Of a stretch of 15,971 nt of DNA, positions 9,123-15,971 are shown in pieces. This stretch comes from Octopus sinensis. Taxonomy: Eukaryota. Positions within the stretch are counted from its first letter, which is position 1. Each line of letters begins with the position of its first letter. Under the pieces are notes generated by a model, which was not told the DNA's origin, did no database searches, and worked only from the letters and a program-made list of their open reading frames with translations. The DNA is taken from assembly GCF_006345805.1 (NCBI RefSeq), contig NW_021825307.1, positions 1 through 15,971 of the forward strand, in the 5' to 3' direction. The position numbers and the translations under genes were made by a program.

Positions 9123-9573
9123 TTTAAAAGCCTTGTCACTTGTCCGTGGAGTTCTCAGCCACGTACGTTAATTTCACGACCATTCTGATCCGTTGATCGA
9201 ATCAACTGGAACACTCATCGTCGTAAACGACGGAAGGCCATTTTTTTTTTTTTTTTGCCACCGTTGTTGTTGACGTCGTTCAGTTAGCCCCCGACGTTGC
9301 TCTGGCTGAACAGATACATGATCAAAAGGCTTTCCCAACATGACTCTCCTGCCCTTCTCTCGCGGGAAAGTAATCTACAACTACATTAAGTGATAACTAC
9401 ATTATTATCTCATTTGTTTTACTCTCTCCCCTTTTTTTTTTTTTTTTAATCCATTTTTAATCCATTTCCGATCGATGTTCCCATTTAAAGACATTGATTT
9501 AACAAAGTTGTTTTTAGCAAAGTGAACTTAATGGCGCAGATTTCTTTTTTTTAATGGATTCGGCCATTGAAAA

Positions 9574-9778
9574 CATCATCATCATCATCATCATCATCGT
9601 TTAACGTCCGTTCTCCATGCTAGCATGGGTTGGACAGTTCGACCGGGGATCTGGGAAGCCAGAAGGCTGCACCAGGCTCCAGTCTTATCTGGCAATGTTT
9701 CTACAGCTGGATGCCCTTCCTAACGCCAACCACTTCGTGAGTGTAGTGGGTGCTTTTTACGTGCCACCTGCACTGGCA
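9574..9778 (-). mobile_element. Retroposon 3' end with (GAT)n tail (SINE or RTE-related)
   Basis: (CAT)n 9574-9598 abutting a GC-richer block containing GGATGCCCTTCCTAACGCCAACC, a motif type recalled from invertebrate short retroposons. Family not determinable here. Confidence 0.55.
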
Positions 9779-10006
9779 ATTTTTAGAATATTTTGGAGCC
9801 AAATTGGAAACAATTCCAAGTGTTTGGAGATGTCTAATGTTCTACTCCGCCTCAGGAATTGGTCGTGGTGGTGGGAATATTTCTGGTAGTCACGGCACCA
9901 TGATAAATGAAACTGTGTAGTCATATCTTTATTCAGGATGAATCTCGAAGTGAATGCAGCTATATCCAATAGTTTGTAATACATTGACATACATCGTTGA
10001 TACAGA

Positions 10007-10238
10007 TATTCTTTTATTTTTTTACTTGCTTCAGCAATTTGACTGCGGCCATGCTGGAGCACCACGTTAAAGAGTTTTAGTCGAATAATCGACCCCAAGA
10101 TTAATTTTTTTAATAAGCCTTGTACTTATTTTATCGGTCGCTTTTGTCGAATCGCTAAATTACGGGGAGGTAAACACACCAGCACCGGTTGTCAAGCGAT
10201 GATGGGAAAAAGACGCAAACAGAAACACACACATGCAA

Positions 10239-10275
<37 letters not shown>

Positions 10276-10433
10276 GTTTCCGTCAACCAAATCCACTCAC
10301 AAGGCTTTAGCTGGCCCGAGACTATAGTAGAAAACACTTGCCAAGGTGCCACACAATGGGACTGAACCTGGAACCATGTGATTGGCAAGCAAGTTTTTTT
10401 TTTTAATTTTATCACACAGCTACTCCTGCGCCT
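10007..10433 (-). mobile_element. Near full-length tRNA-derived SINE with internal (GT)n tract
   Basis: Head GGCGCAGGAGTAGCTGTGTG...AGGTTCAGTCCC at 10433-10272, homologous to 8919-9080. Internal (CA)n at about 10226-10271; 3' body ending in an A-rich tail near 10007-10025. 3' boundary approximate. Confidence 0.75.
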
Positions 10434-10500
10434 AATGCTTCGATATACGAGTTAATTTTTTCGTAAAGCGGATCCTCGTAACTTGATGTATTACAATATA

Positions 10501-10667
10501 TGGGCGCAGGAGTGGCTGTGTGTTAAGTATCTTATTTACCAACCACATGATTCCGGGTTCAGTCCCACTGCGTAGCACCCCGGACAAGTGTTTTCTACTA
10601 TAGCCTCGGGCCGACCAAAGCCTTGTGAGTGGATTCGATATAAAAAAAACTGAAGGAGACCCGTCGT
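10501..10667 (+). mobile_element. tRNA-derived SINE head and core, same family as 8919-9080
   Basis: GGCGCAGGAGTGGCTGTGTG (A box), GGGTTCAGTCCC (B box), AAGCCTTGTGAGTGGATT; ends on (TA)n. Confidence 0.8.
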
Positions 10668-10696
10668 GTATATATATATATATATATATATATATT

Positions 10697-10822
10697 TAAT
10701 ATTATTAGAGACAAAACCACTATTTTGCAAAACAAACAAGGAAGACTTAATCAATACATAAAATTGATTAGTCTTTCCTTGTTTGTTTTGCAAAATAGTG
10801 GTTTTGTCTCTAATTAATATTA
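10697..10822. repeat. Long near-perfect inverted repeat (hairpin)
   Basis: 10704-10743 is the exact reverse complement of 10775-10814 (40 bp). Pairing continues imperfectly to a 7-nt loop (10756-10762) and outward to 10697/10822. Confidence 0.95.
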
Positions 10823-10905
10823 TATAATATTTTACTATAAAATTGGATTTAATCCTAAATCTGATTTTTTTTCCTGTAAATTTGGATTTATTCCCTAATA
10901 TTTAT

Positions 10906-10940
<35 letters not shown>

Positions 10941-10945
<5 letters not shown>

Positions 10946-11095
10946 CACAACAAACACAATTGCAGCGTGGAAGGTGTTTATAAGCCATTTAAAAACATAA
11001 AAGACCGTTAGATTCACTTCAGCATTTAAATTTTATTTGTGAAAATATTTTCGTCGCTTTGAAACCACGACCTGTTCAGTAACAAAATTACGTGC
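10941..11095 (-). mobile_element. Penelope-like terminal-repeat fragment carrying a hammerhead motif
   Basis: Hammerhead fold at 11036-11086 followed immediately by AATAAA on the minus strand, then about 100 nt to (TA)n. Bounded by microsatellites on both sides. Family inferred. Confidence 0.5.
11036..11086 (-). ncRNA. Type-I hammerhead motif with core variant CUGAACA (C at position 8)
   Basis: UUUGUUA | CUGAACA-G | GUCG-(11 nt)-CGAC | GAAA | AUAU-U-U(cleavage) | UCACAAA. Stem I 6/7 pairs, stem II 4 bp, palindromic stem III AAUAUU. Confidence 0.6.
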
Positions 11096-11126
11096 TACAT
11101 ACATACATACATACATGCATGCATCA

Positions 11127-11157
<31 letters not shown>

Positions 11158-11281
11158 CATACATACATACATACATACATACATACATACATACATACAT
11201 ACATACATACATACATACATACGTACGTACGTACGTGCGTACGAACGTACATACATACATACGTGTGTGTGTGTGTGTGTG
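11096..11281. repeat. (TACA)n/(TACG)n/(GT)n microsatellite
   Basis: Read directly. Confidence 0.97.
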
Positions 11282-11588
11282 AGTGTAAATATAATATGTA
11301 ACAATTATTCGGTATACATGATAAAACTCCGGGTTTCGGATGTTTACATAATATCGAGGTCTCTTCCATTCTTTTGTTGTCTTACCATTTCTATCAATAT
11401 ATAATATATATATGCATTACGGCCATAATACACTAATATCTGGACATCCTTGTTACTTATTTGCTTTTTATTCACGTAATTTCGAGCTGTGCGGACAATA
11501 CCGGACTGACTCGGTGATTCAACTTCGAGCTGTATATACGAGGATCCCGTGCATAACAGAACGCAATAAAATGCATAATATATATATA

Positions 11589-11817
11589 TTTCTTTACTAC
11601 CCACAAGGGGCTAAACACAGAGGGGACAAACAAGGACAGACAAACGGATTAAGTCGATTATATCGACCCCAATGCGCAACTGGTACTTAATTTATCGACC
11701 CCGAGAGGATGAAAGGCTAAGTCGACCTCGGCGGAATTTGAACCCAGGACGTAGCGGCAGACGAAATACGGCTACGCATTTCGCCCGGCGTGCTAACGAT
11801 TCTACCAGCTCGCCGCC
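11589..11817 (-). mobile_element. Full-length tRNA-derived SINE with a Tx1-LINE-like 3' end
   Basis: Head GGCGGCGAGCTGGTAGAATCG (A box), GGGTTCAAATTCC (B box), central GCCTTTCATCC..GGGGTCGATAAA..AGTACC block. Terminal 42 nt are 37/42 identical to the LINE 3' end at 2482-2523. Both flanks are TA-rich. Confidence 0.88.
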
Positions 11818-11950
11818 ATATATAATTTAATTATTACATATATAATTTAATTATTACATATATATTACATATATAATATACGTGTTATACAAAAGCACTC
11901 TGTTTAATACGATACTCAAAATAGATGGAAAATTCGTAATTCTATTCTTT

Positions 11951-12020
11951 CTGTGCGGTCCGGTGCCTAACATTGCACGGCCTAGAACTGATCTGCAGCC
12001 CGGAGATCGGAGATCCCCTG
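11951..12020 (-). mobile_element. hAT (Charlie/MER1-like) DNA transposon terminal fragment
   Basis: Minus strand CAGGGGATCTCCGATCTCCGGGCTGCAGATCAG...TGTTAGGCACCGGACCGCACAG resembles the CAGGGGTCCCCAAC...GGGCCGCGGACC...TGTTAGGAACCGGGCCGCACAG terminus recalled for this family. The opposite end was not found. Confidence 0.6.
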
Positions 12021-12516
12021 TTTTTAAATGTCGATCCTGGAAAAAGGAAACTCAAAATTCGAACTCGATAACGCGTTAGATTTTCAGAAAGTAGAACAAC
12101 GTCTCGAAACACCACAAGGTATAGACATAGGAATATTGTCCGCCACTCAACCATTTTAGTCACACGATACTGCCATAAGTATTAACCATACGTATTATAT
12201 TAATAAATAACGTCAAGAAGAGAAAAAAATTCAAATTAACTGAAGGTAGTGGGAATTGCTAAAGTAGTAACCATCAGACCAAGACTGCCTGGAACTATTT
12301 GGTAAAAGTTGGAGAACTTCAGGGGAAAAAATTGGAAAATTCGTTCCAAAAATGATTTTCTTTAGATTATTAAAAAAGTAATCTTCTTCTGGATTTCTGT
12401 TCGCTAAAAATAATATCAGCTCAAGCTATCATTTATATCATTTCTGTTTATTTCTTGTTAATATACATTCACAAATGAAATTATTTAAGTGTTATATAAC
12501 TTTATATTATGCATTA

Positions 12517-12917
12517 CTAGCAGTATCGCCCGGCGTTGCTCGGGTTTGTAAGGGAAATAACTATATAAGCATTTTAGTGAGTTATAGCAAAAAAATAGCA
12601 AAAAAATGCATTAAAAATGGAATAAAAAATGATGGTAATTTTTTTTAAAATCGTTGACTCATCGTAGACATTTTTAGAGAGTTACTTCCCTTATATAATA
12701 GCGAAAAATGCATTAAAATGGAAAAAGAAAGATGTTAAATATTTTTTTAAATCGTAGACTCATCGTAGACGCGCGCTAATACCTAGACGGGCTCGATATG
12801 AATCACGACTATAAGATACCCGGTTTTGGTTAAACTGCACCGCAAAATGTGGGAGTAGTTAGGAATCTAAATCGAAGGGGACAGACACTCACACAACTTC
12901 AGTTTTATATATATAGA
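12517..12917 (-). mobile_element. Non-autonomous Helitron (401 bp)
   Basis: Minus strand begins TC (12917-12916) and ends CTAG (12520-12517), inserted between A and T with no TSD. GC-rich hairpin CCCGAGCAACGCCGGG 8 nt before the CTAG. Internal imperfect tandem duplication of about 100 bp. Confidence 0.85.
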
Positions 12918-13104
12918 TTTAATAACATAGGAACAAAGTTAGACATGAATAGAAGGAGAGGAAAAAACTGAAATATATCGACCCTAGTGCATGACCCCTG
13001 TTTTGTTTTATTTACCAGGAGGTAACGTTGTCGTTGGTGTAGCGAGACTTGATCTTAGGATGTAACGAGATGCCTCCAAAGTATTTTTATTCGGTGCAAT
13101 AATT

Positions 13105-13603
13105 GTGACAAACCACTGTTCTCAATCTAAGTTCCAAATAAGTAAGAGTAGCGAATCGCCCTTTTATAGGATGTGTGGCAACAGAAACGAAACAGTCTCA
13201 CATGTTGTGAGTGAATGTAGCAAGCTGGCCCAAAAGCACTACACAAGGAAGCACGGTAATGTGGCTAAGTTCGTCCACTGGAGACCATGTGGGAAAGTAC
13301 GGCCTTAACAGAGTACAGAAATGGTACGAGCATGAACCGGAAGGGGTCACCGAGAACAAGGAACATAAGACACTGTGGGATTTTACAATCCAATGTGACT
13401 CCCTCATCGAGGCTCGGAGACCGGATATTGTTGTGGTAGATAAAAAGAAAAAAGGAAACGAAGATTATAGATATTGCAATACCTGGAGATGCACGCATAA
13501 GTGACAAAGAAGTAGAAAAGATTGGAAAGTGGAGACTATTATAAGACGAAATTGCCTCCCAGTAGTTGTAGGGGCACTCGGAGCACTAACAGCTAAGTTC
13601 GAG
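13105..13603 (+). mobile_element. R4/Dong-type RLE non-LTR retrotransposon fragment A (degraded CCHC plus PD-(D/E)xK endonuclease), 3' end missing
   Basis: Stitched peptide SESPFYRMCG...ETVSHVVSECSKLAQ...HGNVAKFVHW...KWYEHEPEGV...LWDFTIQCD...RRPDIVVVDK...IIDIAIPGD...PVVVGALG; several frameshifts and a stop. Confidence 0.85.
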
Positions 13604-14220
13604 AGGGATGAAACGGTATGGCACATCGTTAGCGAATGTCCGAAATTGGCACAACGCGAATACAAAAGACGCCATGATAACGTGGCAAGAATGATCCAAG
13701 AGCAAAGACGTGGTATGAGCAAACCCCAGAAGGAGTCACCGAGAATGAGAATCGCAAAATTATGTGGGATGCCATGCTTCAGTGTGATCACCCGACCAGG
13801 CATAGGAAAACGAACATTGTTGTGGTGAAAAAAAAAGAAAGTACATGTATGATTATCGACATAGCATGCCCCAGTGACAAGATCAAAGAGAAAGAAGAAA
13901 AAATAAACAACTATGACGATTTGAAGGGGGAAATACGAAGGTTGTGGTCAATGAAGAGTGTAGACGTGATACCAACCGTAATTGGTGCACTTGGAAGTAT
14001 CTGCACTCAATTACCAACATGGTTGGAAAAAATCGGTGCAAGGGTGAATGTAGAACACCTACAAAAACCAGCATCGATTGGAACTGCAAGAATTCTTTGC
14101 AGGGTTCTTGAAGCATGACCAGTAAACAAGTGTCACCTTGGTCTGCTGGCTGTGGACACCTGACACTTTCCATCATAACAGAGCAAAATAAGCTGTGAGC
14201 TTTTAACACATAATAATAAT
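13604..14220 (+). mobile_element. R4/Dong-type RLE non-LTR retrotransposon fragment B with 3' UTR and (TAA)n tail
   Basis: ETVWHIVSECPKLAQREYKRRHDNVAR...MWDAMLQCD...MIIDIACP...VIGALG...GTARILCRVLEA* (stop 14116-14118); tail TAATAATAAT at 14211-14220. Confidence 0.87.
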
Positions 14221-14329
14221 ATCCCTTAGTGGCTGACGATGTGTGCATCTTTGATCACGAGCAGAAGTAGCCGGGGATTATCATAGGAATGTGTTGAGAG
14301 GGATTCTTTGGGTTTTCGTTCATTATTTT

Positions 14330-14548
14330 TAAACGACCCCTATCCAGGGACCTCTGAGCAGAATGGGCTGCTCGACCTGTAACTGCAAGGTCATGCACTG
14401 TTCATCTTGATCCCCATGCTTCGCACATATGGTTGTGAGGCATGTGCCTGGTGTACCCTTATCAAACAGGTAGTCACAATGGGTATGATGGGCTTCGTAT
14501 ATTTGCACCCCAGTTTCACTTTGATGGCATGCGCTGCTCTCTCGCTCA
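14330..14548 (+). mobile_element. Probable retroposon 3' end of unassigned family
   Basis: GC-richer non-coding block running directly into a (TAC)n/(TAA)n tail. No diagnostic motif; boundaries approximate. Confidence 0.35.
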
Positions 14549-14549
14549 A

Positions 14550-14582
<33 letters not shown>

Positions 14583-14628
14583 AATAACTACTAATAATAA
14601 TAATAATAATAACAATAATAATAATAAT
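14549..14628 (+). repeat. (TAC)n/(TAA)n microsatellite
   Basis: Read directly. Confidence 0.95.
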
Positions 14629-15708
14629 GGTTCCAAATTTTTGTATAAAGCCGGTCATTTTAGAGTGGGTGGTACTTTATTTTGTGGACCCCAGAGAATT
14701 ATCTTAAATATCCATGTGTCTGGAATATTTAGCCATTTAGAAGTCGATTCTACAAGTAGGTATGCAGTGGGTTGAACAATGGATGACACATCACAGAGGA
14801 TATCGGTGTATTGCAGAATTTACCATTATGCAAATGGTTTCCTGAAGTATTTCGATTGCTAGGAGAGTGAAATTTTCTTTTTTTTTTTTTACTCCAACAA
14901 CAGAAAAAAATGTTCATATTACGAATCAAATTATTATTTTTCCCTTAAAAATGTGCAAGCGAAAATGAGGAAGCGAGAGACTGAAGAAGAAAAAATAATA
15001 AATTATGCAAATAAAAGTAATAAAAATGCAAATTTTTCATATAACTCCCATGAACATTGCGAATGTGTTTCATCGAAATTTTATTTATTTTTTTAAATTC
15101 GTTTCTCGGTTTATTACCATAAAAATACAATATTTTATAATTTTCTTTTTTTTGAAAAAAACATACCCAGAAATTTGCAAATACAGATTAAAATCACAAA
15201 ATATAAAGAGAAAAAGAAAAATGAATTTTCCAAACTACGAAGAAATATTGTGCCCCCAGTTAAATAAAAATTGTGTTACTATTTGCACCGATAGTAGCAT
15301 TACAGAAGCAAGAGGGTTTGCTTCTTTTACCCCAAAGTCTTAAATTTATTTTTGGTAATTAAAGATTTATTAACATTGAAATTTATGACTGGGCCATAGT
15401 CAGATATTGTCAAAGCTTTAAAATAAATGCATTTTGAATGGGAATATCAACACAATAAGCTGTTATAGGAAGATGATATTTAGAAAATTTAGTAATGCTG
15501 GTGAGAAGTTAGGAAAAAATGTAAGGTGGTGTCAATAAATATAAACAAAGAGAAGATATTGTATTACCTTACGTAGGTTCTTTAATGCTTCTATGATATT
15601 TCGGGAAACATCCTCCTAATCAAATATTAGAAAATAATCCATTAGTTCGGAGAAAAGCTTTGTTACAAGAAGGATATATACATGCAAAGACGCATTGATA
15701 CGTATTCC

Positions 15709-15712
15709 CACA

Positions 15713-15777
<65 letters not shown>
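15709..15777. repeat. (CA)n-(TA)n microsatellite
   Basis: Read directly. Confidence 0.95.
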
Positions 15778-15778
<1 letters not shown>

Positions 15779-15802
15779 AATATGTGTTCCAAGTACATAT
15801 AC

Positions 15803-15961
15803 ACTTCCGTTTTGTGATTCATTTACACAATAGAATAAAGCAATGCGGTCCGTGATTCACCTGCATAACGATTGATACAGCAGAGGAGGTTAATACTATA
15901 TAGATTGGCTGAGAACACGCCACATGTAATCGCCACTGAGTCAGCGGCAGTCCATGGCAAC
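15803..15961. promoter_or_regulatory. Candidate promoter or enhancer motif cluster
   Basis: ETS-like ACTTCCG 15803-15809, reverse CCAAT box GATTGGCT 15903-15910, AP-1 TGAGTCA 15937-15943, RFX X-box-like GTCCATGGCAAC 15950-15961, in a locally GC- and CpG-richer stretch. Confidence 0.4.
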
Positions 15962-15971
15962 TTCATCGCGT

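Noticed and set aside
9121-9420. Probable decayed SINE or other repeat fragments (similar cases at 820-900, 14222-14320 and 14629-14665)
   Set aside because: They look repeat-derived, but I could not define boundaries or diagnostic boxes from this window alone.
9757-10098. 113-aa minus-strand ORF as a possible host exon
   Set aside because: Begins inside a SINE and ends inside another repeat, with no convincing splice sites or domain similarity.
11818-11857. 20-bp direct repeat ATATATAATTTAATTATTAC x2 next to the SINE head
   Set aside because: Low-complexity slippage duplication. It is not a TSD (no matching copy at the other SINE end) and not CRISPR-like (no spacers).

Overview
Repeat-dense, AT-rich eukaryotic non-genic or intronic DNA. 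It is most likely from an octopus or related coleoid cephalopod, inferred only from the style of its SINE families. No host protein-coding exon can be supported. The main feature is a 5'-truncated Tx1/L1-type LINE (2801-6730) whose ORF2 (APE endonuclease, RT with YADD, CCHC finger) can be reconstructed across about 16 mostly single-base frameshifts. It lies in a (TATC)n array with two shorter copies of the same family, all in the same orientation and all ending AATAAAGAAAC directly on TATC repeats. A tRNA-derived SINE at 11589-11817 shares its last 42 nt with this LINE. Four short motifs fold as minimal type-I hammerhead ribozymes of the kind known from Penelope-like element termini: two form the arms of a 156-bp palindrome and one keeps an intact catalytic core. 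A fifth, weaker candidate is also present. The window also holds a CR1 3' end, two fused R4/Dong-type RLE LINE fragments, a non-autonomous Helitron, a hAT end, several SINEs, many microsatellites and a promoter-like motif cluster at the right edge. All calls were made by eye without database searches.
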